A stretch of 46,710 nucleotides of DNA from NCBI RefSeq assembly GCF_006345805.1, contig NW_021834576.1:1-46710 (forward strand), read 5' to 3'. Made by a program: the position numbers and the translations under genes. Positions 24,062 to 37,861 of the stretch are shown in pieces. This stretch comes from Octopus sinensis (Eukaryota). Within the stretch, counting starts at the first letter, position 1; every line of letters begins with the position of its first letter. The notes below the pieces were generated by a model. That model was not told the origin of the DNA. It searched no databases and was given only the letters and a program-made list of their open reading frames with translations.

Positions 24062-24062
<1 letters not shown>
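23576..24062 (-). mobile_element. 3' end of R4/Dong-type family 1 (RLE domain + UTR)
   Basis: ORF 24027-23674 MPIHTDRQIKANRPDIVVRDHEEKKCFLIDVSIPADDNVSLKEMEKLSKYKDL... differs from the 9.8-kb copy at 3 of the last 78 aa. Flanked by (ATT)n on both sides. Confidence 0.92.
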
Positions 24063-24129
<67 letters not shown>

Positions 24130-24381
24130 TATATTATTACTACTGTTGTTGTTGTTGTTGATATAATAATAACTATTATCATCGTTATTACTATAATCTT
24201 CATTTCTTCCTATCTTTATATACGGATTCTTTCCAAATTTTCCTCTCTACCACATGTCTGTGATGGTATAACCTCAGTGTCAACAAAAAATATCTGAGCG
24301 CACCTCTCTTCCCCCTTAACAGGATGTCTGTCTATACATGCAAACACGCACACACACATATATATACATATATATAAATAC

Positions 24382-24443
<62 letters not shown>

Positions 24444-24929
24444 GCCATATATATATATATATATATACATATACTTACAACCGTATGTTTACATATACAC
24501 ATTCACACGTAGTGACCTATGATTCCTGTTTCTCTTGACTGATATCATCTCATTTATAAAGACCCTAACATACCTGTGTGTATGTAGGTGTGTGTACCAT
24601 AACATGAAATGCAGTACAACATGGTTGTTTATTTAATTATAGATTTTCAACACAAAGTCTTTTGTCAATATAGCTACGTTACTTATAAGTATATCTATTT
24701 CAATCTATCTATCTATTTATTGATTTTGTTCCCTATGTTTACAAACGTATATACACATATGTGTGTGTGTGTGTCTATGTTGTATGAACATATATATATA
24801 TATATAGATATATAGTTATATGGATATTGGGATGCGTGTGTCTCCATTTACATATACTTACGTGTCATCCCGGAGATTGTCTCGTCTTGATTTACATCTT
24901 TCCATTGAACAAACAAACATACACACACG

Positions 24930-24990
<61 letters not shown>

Positions 24991-25131
24991 ACAACAAACA
25001 AAGAAACTCAAATACATGCGCACATACACACACGGAAACGCGTGTGCTTTAAGTGCAGTCATAGATTTAGGCATGTACAGATTCGTAAGATTCTCTGTGT
25101 GTGTACGTTTCTGTGTGTGTGTACGTTTCTC

Positions 25132-25163
<32 letters not shown>

Positions 25164-25293
25164 TGTGCGTGTACATTGGTAACGCGTGTATATGTATATA
25201 TTCATTAAAGAGTGAGATACAAAATGCGAGAGGCATATAACTCTAGATCGATATACTGATACGAATAGAGATAAACAGCATACAGACAGGTAA

Positions 25294-25294
25294 T

Positions 25295-25356
<62 letters not shown>

Positions 25357-25363
25357 TATATAT

Positions 25364-25425
<62 letters not shown>

Positions 25426-25509
25426 CGATGGATAGATAGATAGATAGATAGATGGATGGATGGATAGATAGATAGATAGGTAGATTGACAGACAGACAGA
25501 CAGACAGAC

Positions 25510-25576
<67 letters not shown>

Positions 25577-25590
25577 CAGATAGATAGATA
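25294..25590. repeat. Long (GATA)n tract with GACA/GATG interruptions
   Basis: Direct reading. Confidence 0.95.
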
Positions 25591-26040
25591 AAAATAAGGG
25601 AATGAAAGGGCAGACATATGAAGGCAGCAAACAGGAAATGATAGAGACACAGACAATGTTTCGAAATGAATACATCTACGGGTTAGATGAAACCCCAAGG
25701 AAGGTCTTTGTGCTGCTATTTTCTTGCAGGGAACCAGCGTTTCCTTCAAAGTCTTTTCAGCTTGTGTAGAAGCATTCCAAGAAATATTTCATCCATTGTT
25801 TGTTTGGAAATGTCATCACAGAACATGGAAGCATCTTTTGAGAAACATCAAATGATGGTATCTTATTGCTAGTCGATTGCTGTGACTTACCGGAGGCCGT
25901 GTTTGCCTGCTGTCTCCATGTATTCGATGTTTGTGAAGACAGTATGCGTGTTATATGTGTGTGTATAAATATATATATATTATATATATATATATACATA
26001 TGTATGCATATATATATCCTATATATGTATATATTGTATG

Positions 26041-26071
<31 letters not shown>

Positions 26072-26098
26072 GTATGCATATGTATATATATGTGTATG

Positions 26099-26131
<33 letters not shown>

Positions 26132-26263
26132 ATATACATATGTATGCATATATATATATATCCTATATATGTATATATATGTATGTATATATATATATAT
26201 ATATATATCCTATATATGTACATATATATGTGTATATATATATATCCTATATATGTATATATT

Positions 26264-26323
<60 letters not shown>

Positions 26324-26521
26324 TATATCGTATGCATACTTATACAAATATCTATGTATGTATGTGTGTGTTTAGGTGTTTAGTGGATGTATGTTTTGTA
26401 TGCATATACACACACAGACACACGCACGCACATATTCTTTTATTGTTTTATATGTTTCAGCATTGAACTTGTGGCCATCAGAAGATGCTACCATGTACTA
26501 TGATAAAATTACTATGATAAT

Positions 26522-26721
26522 ATGCACATATCGTCACCTAACTAAGGGACATGCTCAACTGGTTAAGGTCAAACAACTGACAAGCAAATCTGTGGTATTG
26601 AGCAGAATATTTGCTGTAGCCCATCTTTTATACCAACACAAAACAATGTACAAGATAACACTTCCAATCAGTTAAGATCAGAAGCCATACGAGCCACTGC
26701 CTAGTACTGCATCAGGGCATT
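26522..26721 (-). mobile_element. Element X, 5' part only
   Basis: Reverse complement begins AATGCCCTGATGCAGTACTAGGCAGTGGCTC... as at 10217. Followed on + by (TTC)n(TTA)n. Confidence 0.85.
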
Positions 26722-26757
26722 CTTCTTCTTCTTCTTCTTCTTCTTCTTCTTCTTCTT

Positions 26758-26877
<120 letters not shown>

Positions 26878-26940
26878 TTAATATTATTATTATTATTATT
26901 TTAATATTATTATCATCTTTATTTTGATTATGGGTGGATG

Positions 26941-27319
26941 GGAGCACTCCGTCGGTTACGACGACGAGGGTTCCGGTTCATCCAATCAACGGAACAGCCT
27001 GCTCGTGAAATTAACGTGTAAGTGGCTGAGCACTCCACAGACACGTGTACCCTTAACGTAGTTCTCGGGGATATTCAGTGTGACACAGAGAGTGACAAGA
27101 CCGGCCCTTTGAAATACAGGTACAGCAGAAACAGGAAGTAAGTGTGAGAGAAAGTTGTGGTGAAAGAGTACAGCAGGGATCACCGCCATCCCTGCCGGAG
27201 CCTCATGGAGCTTTAGGTGTTTTCGCTCAATAAACACCCACAACGCCCGGTCTGGGAATCGAAACCGCGATCCTACGACCGCGAGTCCGCTGCCCTAACC
27301 ACTGGGCCATTGCGCCTCC
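26941..27319 (-). mobile_element. Full-length tRNA-derived SINE type R, tail 1
   Basis: Head GGAGGCGCAATGGCCCAGTGGTTAGGGCAGCGGACTCGCGGTCGTAGGATCGCGGTTTCGATTCCCAGACC with clear A and B boxes. Tail ends CGTCGTAACCGACGGAGTG. Confidence 0.9.
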
Positions 27320-27389
27320 TTTTTCATTATACACACAGCTGATTAGACTATTGCAAAAGGAAAAATCCTAACATTGGGCTACAACGCGT

Positions 27390-28025
27390 AACCTTAGATG
27401 CCAAGAGCCCTCATAATTATCCTAGCTGCCCCTAATAACACTGTTTTCCTGCAGCTGAACTAAACTGGGTTTTATGCCTATTTCTTCTATCCATCTGTTC
27501 AAATCTTTTGGGATAGTTCCCAATGCACCTATAATTACAGGGATACATTTTACCCGCACTCTCCATAGTTTCTGTAATTCAATAGTTAGGTCCTGGTTCT
27601 TTGCTATTTTTTCTATATCAATGTGTCTCACATTAATATTAATGTTTCATATTAATGTTTTCATCATTTGGGACTGTAAAGTCAATAGTCTGGCTCTTGC
27701 TATTCTCTTCATCTTTTACTACCAACTCAGGCGTTCCAGCTTCTTTTACTCTGTTAATATGACTGTTAAAGTCCCACAACATCTTGTATTTCTTACTTTC
27801 TCGTACTCTACTAGGTTCACGTTCAAACCATTTAGGTTCAAATCCTAGCTTTCTACATAACTACCAGTGTATTACTCTCCATGCGTTTTCTTATATTATT
27901 TCTGTGCCAGCACGCTGCATTCACTCATTATATGAGTAACACGCCCCTCTCTACATTTGCATAACCTACACTGGGAACCTACCTAATTTTTGTCTATCTT
28001 CGCTTTTCTCCAATTAGTCTAGAAT
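27390..28025 (-). mobile_element. RLE-domain fragment of a third R4/Dong-type family
   Basis: ...KYKMLWDFN...TPELVVKD...IDFTVPND...EKIAKNQDLTIELQKLWRVRVKCIPVIIGALGTIPKDL; many stops and frameshifts. Confidence 0.85.
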
Positions 28026-28028
28026 GCT

Positions 28029-28088
<60 letters not shown>

Positions 28089-28114
28089 TATTATTATTAT
28101 TATCATCATCATTT

Positions 28115-30240
28115 TATTATCTTTGCACAGCTTCTAACGCTGGAGATGTATTACGGTGTCAGCTGTTCACAATCAGTGAACTATGGTCTAAGGAGCATTT
28201 CGACCGGTTCCAAGCAGTGCTATTTTCTGTAGGTGCTCCACCCTTATTGCCACCTGTATTTCTTCCATGTACTCCTCAAGAATTTTACACACTATTCCCA
28301 GGTCTCCGACAATTATTGGTACTACTATAACCTTTTTCATGGACCACAACGGCTTTACCTCCCAAGATAACCTGTCATATCTATCGACTTTTCTTTCTTC
28401 CTTATCGCATACCTTGTTATCAAGATCCAGCAGCGTTTGCTCTCTTTCTCAATTAACACTATGACTGGTTTCCTTTTCTCTATCTCATGGTCGCACTGAA
28501 TCATAAAATCCAATAGGGTCTTTGCATTATCATTTTCGTTGATGGCTTAGGGTTTATGTTCGTACCACTTTTTTGTTCTGTCAAGTCCAATTTTGTTGCA
28601 AAGTGTCCAATTGGACAATCCTTGCTATGTCATGACGTCTCATATATTCTTCCTTTGCTAGTGGCATATATTGACTGGTAATATGCCATAAGGTTTCACG
28701 ATTTCGTCCACAAATTATGCACTTATCCCTTTCTGATGTGTTGTCCATTCTGTATTTGTTGTAATTGATTCTTAATGCTTGATCTTGAGCAGCACAGATC
28801 AGAGCAGCATCCCTTTCCGGTTTTAAATCATTTTACTTATCCATAGCCATCATTTTTCTCTGACTGTCCCTATGAATTTGTCCATGCTTCCTTTTCTTTA
28901 TCCACCTATTTTCAGTTCATTCATTATCAGGTCCTTGTACAGTGCTTTATATTAGCAATCTTCAATCCTACATAAACCTGGCTTTCTTGCTTCCAGTAAT
29001 AGCGGTTCCGTGGCATTTTTACATACCATGCTATGTTGTTTTCTCCTGCTCTAATGCTGTTTTCGCATCCAATCACTCGTCTTCCCCTCTTTTTCTTGGC
29101 ACATACAGTCTATGTGAGCCACTTTTTGTGTGGAGTATCCCATATCTAGGCAGCAGTTTCATTGAATTTCTGTCTTAGCTGTTTAGTTCGTCAACTGTCC
29201 TTGCATTTACCCCTGTTCCATATCTATGGACTGAAATCGCCCAGATGTTGATTGCTTCGATCTTATTCCGTTCGTTTTATTTCGACTTAAGGATCAGTCT
29301 CAGTCTGCGCAAGTACTCCACCTTAAATTTTCTGTCATTTCTTTTGCCATCAATTTATCCATTTCCAATATCCCCAAGTACTTATAACCCGTCTCTCCCA
29401 CCTGCTTCATAACCTCCCCCGACAGTATCGTTTGCCCGTCCATACATTAAATTTTTTACCTCTTCAAGCCTAGCACATCACACTGTTTCAAAACTTAATG
29501 TATACACCGTATCAAGAGGGAACTGACTTGGGATTCATCTTTACCATAAAGTTTGAGGTTGTCAGAGAAATACAAGTGGTTGACTTTTTGTTTGGCTTTT
29601 GAATCCATACCCAGCCTTTGCTTTCCTCAGAATCAGTGTTAGTATTATCATGCGCAGTACAAGGATCAGAGTGGGGACAAGCAGTCCCATTAGAAGATGC
29701 TTCTCCTGACTTCTATTATCCCTGAACCTCTTCTATATGCTGTCAGTTCTGTCCTCCACTTCGCCATACTTTTTCCAAGCAATCGCTCAACATACGATGC
29801 AATACGAAATAGGTTCATACACTCCATAATCCAAGAATGTGGGATCATATCATACCCCTTACGATAATTGATCCATGACATGGTTAAGCTAATTTTCCTC
29901 CTATTGCTCTCTCTAAGTTGCAGTTTTGTCCACTACGAGTTGATCCTTGGTGCATCTGCACTTACGCTTGCAACCATTCTTCTCATGTGGCAGGACTCCA
30001 TTTTTTCGAAGCAGGATGTAGGTCTGTAATTGTCTACCGTATTGCCTTTTTCGATGCTTTTCAAGTACCGCACTGTCCTACCACTCTGATGTTACTTAGT
30101 CGGAATTTAACAAGGTGTCGGTTTGTGCAGCTATTCGTGCATGACATTCACAAATTATTTTGATACAATAGCCTTGAACTCCATCTGGTCCCGGGGCTTC
30201 CCAGTTGCCCATTTTTTGATGATTTGAGATAAATTGTTAT
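28115..30240 (-). mobile_element. ~2.1-kb 5'-truncated R4/Dong-type LINE (family 2): RT, zinc knuckle, RLE, 3' UTR, (TAA)n tail
   Basis: KMGNWEAPGPDGVQG...WINYRKGYDMIPHSWIMEC...NHLYFSDNLKLYGKD...ALICAAQDQALRINY...KCIICG...YMRRH...KWYEHKP...VVPIIVGDLG. Heavily frameshifted. Confidence 0.9.
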
Positions 30241-30254
30241 TAAGGTGGATAACT

Positions 30255-30415
30255 GTTTAATACACTGCCTGTTCGTTCTGAGTTCAATTTCGGCCGTGAT
30301 CGGATTTACATTTAATCGTCTTCGGGTCAATAAAGTATATACCAGTAGAGAAATAGGGTCAATGAAACCGACTCGCTCCTTTCCCCAAATTTTAGGCCTT
30401 GTTCCTATAATTGAG
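30255..30415 (+). mobile_element. SINE type C, decayed
   Basis: GTTCTGAGTTCAATTT...TTCGGGTCAATAAAGTATATACCAG...CCCAAATTTTAGGCCTTGT resembles 42203-42395. Confidence 0.65.
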
Positions 30416-30671
30416 AGGATAAATATTGCTCTCATTTTTATTTTTGTTGTTATTGTGATTGATACCAAATGATGAAGCTTCATATGTTGTAGATTATTCA
30501 AATACAGTGCACCCAGAAGCGAACACAGGTCTATTTGTTTGCCTGCCTGTAGGTACGTGGCAATGTATATGTGTGCTGTGCGTGTGTGCGTGTGTGCGTG
30601 TGTGCGTGTGTTTGTGTACCTGCAACCGTGTATGCATATCTCTTTATATACATTTACAAACATTTTAGATT

Positions 30672-30731
<60 letters not shown>

Positions 30732-30882
30732 CATACATATATATACATACATACACATATATATATATTGATATCTTTAGCTGAACGGCTATGTTACAGG
30801 GACATAAACACACCAGCATCGGTTGTCAAGTGACGGTGGATGAAAACGACAGACACATACTGAGAAATATATATATAATATA

Positions 30883-30930
<48 letters not shown>

Positions 30931-30939
30931 ATGTATATG

Positions 30940-31003
<64 letters not shown>

Positions 31004-31992
31004 ACACATATTTATATATGTGTGTGTGTGTGAAATCTTTAGTGAGCTACGAGATGTACTCTAAGGGGTCAGTGACATATATTTGTATAGCATAGAGGAA
31101 TACCAGTGTGTCAATATCCAACAGAATTCTTGATATAATGACACTGTCTCTGCCTTGAGGGCATATGTCGTAATTACCAAATAGCAGTTATGACCAACTC
31201 CACTTCAATGGGAGAGATAATCTCCCGATTCTAGTATTGATCTGAATCGAACCGAAAACAACATGGTTACGAGGAAGAACTTTTTGACCAAACGCCAGAT
31301 TACGTATATAATTTGATTTGTACAACATTATTGCACTGTTTTCGTTCTTTCTCTGTAGACGTCAACTTGCGTGTGCTTTTGTGTGATTGTAGCAATTTAT
31401 TTAATGTATTTTATACTATTAAATATTATTAGATATTCATTTTTGAAACAATTTATATTACCATGTATGCGTATGTCTCCAACGCATGTGATAAATAACA
31501 GAATCCATTTTGCATTACTCTAACTATTATGGCTTGTAATATTAGAAAGTTATTATGTGACTATAAAGCTATATGTGTTCAGTGCAGATGTTGCGATCTA
31601 AGTCAGTACTTAAATGTATTTGTCACAAATAACAAAGAAAATCAAACAAAACTACATCTGACAGAAATTATGTGTTTATGAATTTATGTGTTTGAACTTA
31701 TTTTTATATCATTTGGTTTTCCGTATAAGTGATTTTATTTTAAATTTAACCTAACATATATCAAAATAACTCGTTAAAGGTGTCGAAATTTAGAAGCAGA
31801 AAAAGAGGAGGAACAAAAAGAAAGAGAATAAAGAAAGAAAGAAGGATAAAAATGACTATCAAAAATAATTTGGCATTGTCTTGTTTGAAATTGTTTGGTA
31901 ATCAATCATAGAATGGCAACATTTCTTAGATCAGCAGTTTCTGAGATAATAAAGCGGAAATACAATCAACGGATCTGTCCAATATAAAGAAG

Positions 31993-32072
31993 GGTGTGTG
32001 TGTGTGTGTGTGTTTGTGTGTGTGTGTATGTGTGTGTGTGTGTGTGCGTGCGTGTGTGTGTGTGTTTGTGTG

Positions 32073-32105
<33 letters not shown>

Positions 32106-32130
32106 GTATGTGTGTGTATGGTGTTGTGTG

Positions 32131-32171
<41 letters not shown>

Positions 32172-32172
32172 G
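31993..32172. repeat. (TG)n microsatellite
   Basis: Direct reading. Confidence 0.95.
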
Positions 32173-32339
32173 GGCGGCATTGACTTGGAAATGAGTAAAT
32201 AAAAAGACAGGGAATGTGTTTGAAGTTGCATAGGGTTACACACACTCACGCACACGCAAACACACAAATATATGGAGGCTTACACACACATACACGCAAG
32301 AACGCACACACACACACATATGATGGTAGAAGAGCGGAT

Positions 32340-33130
32340 GCCAAATTCTATAAGCCTATCAGCGGAATCCTGGAACGGATATTCCGAAGGAAACTAATCA
32401 TGTTCCTCGACGAGAATGAATGTCTAACTGACACCCAGCATGTTTTCCGTCCAGGAAGAAGGTGCCTGACACAGCTTTTCCAATACTATGACTGGTTGTT
32501 GAAGCAGCTACTTGACCACTCAAATACGGACCTGCTATATCACAAATTTATGAAGGTCTTCCATAAAGTCGATTATAAAGTCGATATCTCATAAACTGCA
32601 TGATCTCGGCTTGGTTGGAAATCTACGAGGAAGGCTACACGACTGTCTGAAAGACAGAAATCGTAGACTAGTATTTAATGGTGCTGCCTGCAGAGAAACG
32701 TAAATGATTAGTGGTGTCCCACAGGGCATTGTCTTTTGCCACTGCCGTTCAAAATGGCCCACTTCGATATGCCCAAATCCACTTTTCTCCTTGGGATGAA
32801 GGCGGAAAAAGCTGCAATATCCATTTGCATTATACATCTTGAAGATCCTCGAAGGACGTATCCAAACCTTTGACGTTGAAAATTATGCAAATGATAGAAC
32901 AGGGTGCCATTATATTGTGCCTAAAATCCTTCTCTTGCCGCTAAAATACAGGATCAGATCCTGCAATATCTTGGGATTCAAGAGCCCAAAATTTTACAAT
33001 ACACTTGAAGGGGCTGAAAGACCTCCAATATGCGAATGCCGATGTCTTGAAACTAGACTGGGATGAATTACTGTCAAGAATCCAAATTAGCCAGCTTCAG
33101 GGTAGGAAGCGGAAATGAAGGCAGCAGTAT
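32340..33130 (+). mobile_element. CR1/Jockey-group LINE RT fragment joined to its 3' region
   Basis: YKPISGILERIF...TQHVFRPGRRCLTQLF...FMKVFHKVD...SGVPQG, then a jump to KILEG...LGFKSPKFYNTL. Confidence 0.8.
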
Positions 33131-33311
33131 CAAACTTTTCTTATTCCCCAAATACCAACTATTAACCGAAGATTAATGGAGCCGAAGGAACATCCTTTAG
33201 CGATGTTACAACATGGCCATGGCTCTTGAGTTGAACCTAGAACAAATATGTATCAATTGGTAACCTAAGTAATGGAACTAATTACAGTGTAATACCTCAC
33301 ACAAATGCATC

Positions 33312-33862
33312 AACCGAATGATCCTCGACAGAATTCCACTGGTGCTTGATAGCCATCTGAGACTAAATCATAATGGATTTAGACCAGGGAGATTCACAAC
33401 ATATCAGATCTTAGGCCTGAGGTGTATCATAGGAGTTAAATCAAGACAGCTATCTGCATTTATAACATTCATTGTCTTCAGAAATTGTTTGCCAGCATCC
33501 CTCGTTACAAAATGTCGAAGATACTTCGAGCATACGGCATTCCAAAGAACTACGAGAAGACCAGAGCTCGTGTGTAGTCATCTGACAAAAAGCTCGGGTG
33601 CTACAGGTAGCTACGCTTACACCTTACCAGTTTGCAATTTTATTGAATTTATACAATGCGGCAGGCTATAGACAACAGTGGCGAGGACCTTGGCTTCACC
33701 ACAGACTGGCAAACACCACATAGACTACCAGCAGTAACCCTCACAAACCTGGATTCGCTGATGATATAGAACTGATGTCTAATGAAATAGATCAAGAATA
33801 TCAGCTGCTAAAATTGAACTGCACACAAATGTCAAGAAAACGGAATATATCTCTTTCAAACA
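33312..33862 (+). mobile_element. RTE-clade LINE RT fragment
   Basis: NRMILDRI...HNGFRPGRFTTYQILGLRCII...KILRAYGIP...LDFADDIELMSN...NVKKTEYI, with frameshifts. Confidence 0.8.
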
Positions 33863-34021
33863 TATGCATGTATCGTTATCTGCAGGTATTAGGACACTGA
33901 AAATGCAGAAAATAAGTTTAATTATAAAAATTAATTATATAGATATATTATTTCTTACGTTCTCTCACACAAAATGACCTAGTATATTAATAATAATAAC
34001 AATAATAATAATAATAATAAT

Positions 34022-34533
34022 TGTTTTGTCTTGGTATAAAAGATGGGCTACATGTTTTGTCTTGGTATAAAAGATGGGCTACAGCAAATATTCTGCTCAA
34101 TACCACAGATTTGCTTGTCAGTTGTTTGACCTTAACCAGTTGAGCATGTCCCTCGTGGTGACAATATGTGCATCTCTGATCACGAGCAGAAGTAGTGGGG
34201 CGAGCATCATAGCCATGTGTTGAGAGGGATTCTTTGGGGTTTGAATAGTTCACCTCTGGAAAAATGGGTGGTTCTTTCAACATCCTTAAACAACCCTTAT
34301 TCAGGGACCGTTTGAGCGGGATGGGCTACTCAATCTGAAGAAAATTCTAACTGGGCCCCACCTGCAAGGTCATGTGCTGTTTATCTTGATATGAGATCAC
34401 CATGTCGCGCACATATGGTTGTGATGCATGTGCCTGGTGTACCTTTATCAGACGGGTAGTCATGATGGGTATATTGGGCTTCGTATATTTTACCCCAGTG
34501 TCACTTTGATGGCATGCACTGCTCTCTCACTCA
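34022..34533 (+). mobile_element. Element X, 5'-truncated, with a 31-bp tandem duplication at its start
   Basis: TGTTTTGTCTTGGTATAAAAGATGGGCTACA x2 (34022-34083). The rest matches 9004-9480. (AAT)n on both sides. Confidence 0.9.
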
Positions 34534-34594
34534 ATAATAATAATAATAATAATAACATCAATAATAATAATGATGATGATGATGATGATGATGC

Positions 34595-34625
<31 letters not shown>

Positions 34626-35960
34626 TAATAATGATAATTATAATAATAATTGGATTTGCGTGGATTTACCAAATAAACATGTAATTTGGCTTAGAAAATG
34701 TGTTCAGGAAAACCAGTTAAGAGTAGCAACATCACACTAGATAAAACAAATGAAATAAGATAATTAGACCAAACCAGACACACACACACACGTGTACGTA
34801 CAAACATATACATATATGATGGATGCATATGATAAGAGACAGTACAAAGTGGATATATCAAACAAGATATTCAATCACAAGGAAGACACGGCGACGGTGC
34901 AATGATAGTTTCTTCGTAGGAATTATAAACCCTAGTCTTTCAGTCATTGGAATGTACCGGTGACTTTTTTTCCTTTTTGTTTCTACTCTCTTTACAGTGG
35001 AGAAAAGAAGTGAAGAGATGGAGGCACGACATGAAAGCCTCAGAGTTATCTAAACAGTCGCTTGTAGAATTCCCCACGTGTGTTTTAATATATGCATGTA
35101 TGAATGTGTGTGCGTATATATATACATATATATGTGTGTGTGTTTTTTTAATATATGTATGTATGAATGTGAGTGCGTATATATATATATATATATATAA
35201 GTATACATACATACATGCATATATACATATATATATACACATACTTACGCACTTACAAGTATATATATCACGCTCTTTTGATATGCACTGTATATCTATG
35301 AAGCTGATAAGGGCAATGCAGCAAAGTTTGCAGAAATCAAGATTACATAACATTCGCGTCGATATATTGCGATCACATTTATCATATGAGATATCTTATA
35401 CTGTATTATCTCATTCATTTAGATATCATCGTCGATCTAACGGCATTCTCATTCATGAAGTGCTGGCTAAATGTTAACTCAGAGATTATTTCGCTATATA
35501 TTTTGTTTAATTTTGTTTAAGCATTACCCTGGGGTCCAGAAGCCGGTTTTACAGCCACGTGTTTAATATGTCTCGTAGTACAGCTCCTGACCGACCAATA
35601 CTTTAAGATTGAATTCAAGTAGTTGATAAAGTAAACTAGCCTCACCCAAGCGAAGCCACTACACGAACATGGAATTAAGTGAGGTTTAACAGACTTAATG
35701 CAGGTAGAGCTCTGTATTTTTCTCTCATTTTTCTTAATTGATTAAAATTTCTCTGTAGTGAAGAGAAAATTCATTAGCGTTCTGTGTCATGAGTCTTGTC
35801 TAGAAATGCAAGGGAGAAGACTCCAACATCGGAATTTATTAATGATTGAATGTAAACATTACGTTAAAATGAATCTGTATGACTGTGTGCTGTTGTTTAG
35901 TCACAGGTCAGATATATGGTAGAAATTGGTCCCTTGATAAAGATCTCTCTATAATACTGC

Positions 35961-36192
35961 TGTATAGTGAAACTGTACACCCCTCTCGGTAAAAAGTGGT
36001 AGTAACCAGCCATTATAAATAGACCAAGAGGCGGTCGACGGCAGAAGGCAAGAGAAGGTCAGAAGTTCGAGAGTACGTGTAGAGTGTGTTGAGAGTCGTG
36101 TCTGGGCTGATATAGTAATTATACTGTGGTACTGAGTTGGACGCTGTAACGATCCAAAATTTTGAGAATAATAACACTATACGATTGGGGGC
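35961..36192 (+). mobile_element. Possible LTR (223 bp) followed by a PBS-like sequence
   Basis: Begins TGTATAGTG and ends CACTATACG (8/9 inverted match). TATAAATAG at 36014-36022. TGGGGGC at 36186-36192. No second LTR or gag/pol seen. Confidence 0.35.
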
Positions 36193-36435
36193 CACACAGT
36201 GCCAGATAGCACCATTCTTTCGACAACTTCGAAAGATAACAATATCTGTCAAACGACAACCGTCGTCAAAGGACAGATGCAAAAGTGTTAAAAGGCCGCT
36301 TTACAGTAGTGGCGACGAAGACAAATTTGCGCGGAGTGAAAAAAGAAAAAAAAGTGGAGAATATGTGACCTCGTGAGTACCGCAGCTGATTTTCTTTCCT
36401 CTGTCTTCCCTTCTCGGGATCTTTCCTTCTCCTAT

Positions 36436-36470
36436 GTCTCCGACGAAGAGCGCCGCTCGAAACGTCAAGC
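36436..36470 (+). ncRNA. Minimal type-I hammerhead-like motif, best-preserved core
   Basis: GUCU CCGACGA A GAGC-GCC-GCUC GAAAC GUC|AAGC. Only U4C differs from CUGANGA; canonical GUC triplet; helix I is weak. Confidence 0.65.
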
Positions 36471-36675
36471 CCTCCTTCTTCCCTTCTTTCCTGAGCGTCC
36501 AATAATACTTAATTTGTTCCACGTTCTCACGTTGCTGTGTTTTTTTGTTTTTGTTTTCTTGTTTGGATTAACTTTATATATGTATGCATATATACATATA
36601 TATATATGAGTGTGAGCGTGTTTGAGTGTATATATATATAATATATATATATGTATGTATGAATACATATGCGTA

Positions 36676-37188
<513 letters not shown>

Positions 37189-37649
37189 GATTTAAAAAAG
37201 AAAAAATACGGACACACGCATGGTCTGAGATTTAGTGATGGTCTCTCTTTGTCTCATGGATACTTCCAATTCAGGAGTCGGCTGTTCTCTCATGTTGGCT
37301 GCTGAATATCCCAGACTAGCTGACGAAAGTCGTTGGCTTCTACATAACAGTTTTCCTTATAGTTCTTGTTAAGGGTTTAGGAAAAACATTACTAAGGAGG
37401 GCCATGAATATGTATTTCAGCCTTGATTGTACCAATTCGTTTTTCTTTATTATATATAAATCTGTAAGTACATTTTTCCAAAGCCGAGTGTTCAAGGAAC
37501 TTAAGGGCTTGGCGTGATTTCAAAGAAAATTTGCCCGATAATTCTATCGGACCAAATGACAACATAGAGTTCCTCGTCTTAGCTGTGTAGCAAATATAAA
37601 TTTTGATTTAAAATTTTTACACAAGGAAAGTTGATTACATTGACCATAG

Positions 37650-37760
37650 GGCTCAACTGGTACTTGCTTATCGACCCCGAAAGGATGAAAGACAGAAACG
37701 ATCTTAGTGGAGTTTGAACCGAGAACGTGTATACGGACGAAATGCTGCTAACCATTCCTC
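37650..37760 (-). mobile_element. SINE type C fragment
   Basis: CTCAACTGGTACTTGCTTATCGACCCCGAAAGGATGAAAG. Confidence 0.75.
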
Positions 37761-37861
37761 ATCCCCAACAGGCTAAGGCTTCTTATTTTTTTACCGAAAT
37801 ACCTATTTCTTTACTATCCACAATGGGCTACTCACAGAGAGAACGAACAAGGACAGACAAA

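Noticed and set aside
25730-25880. Plus-strand acceptor (TTTTCTTGCAG) and nearby minus-strand donor (CCG|GTAAGT)
   Set aside because: Conflicting strands, no matching partner site, unrecognisable peptides.
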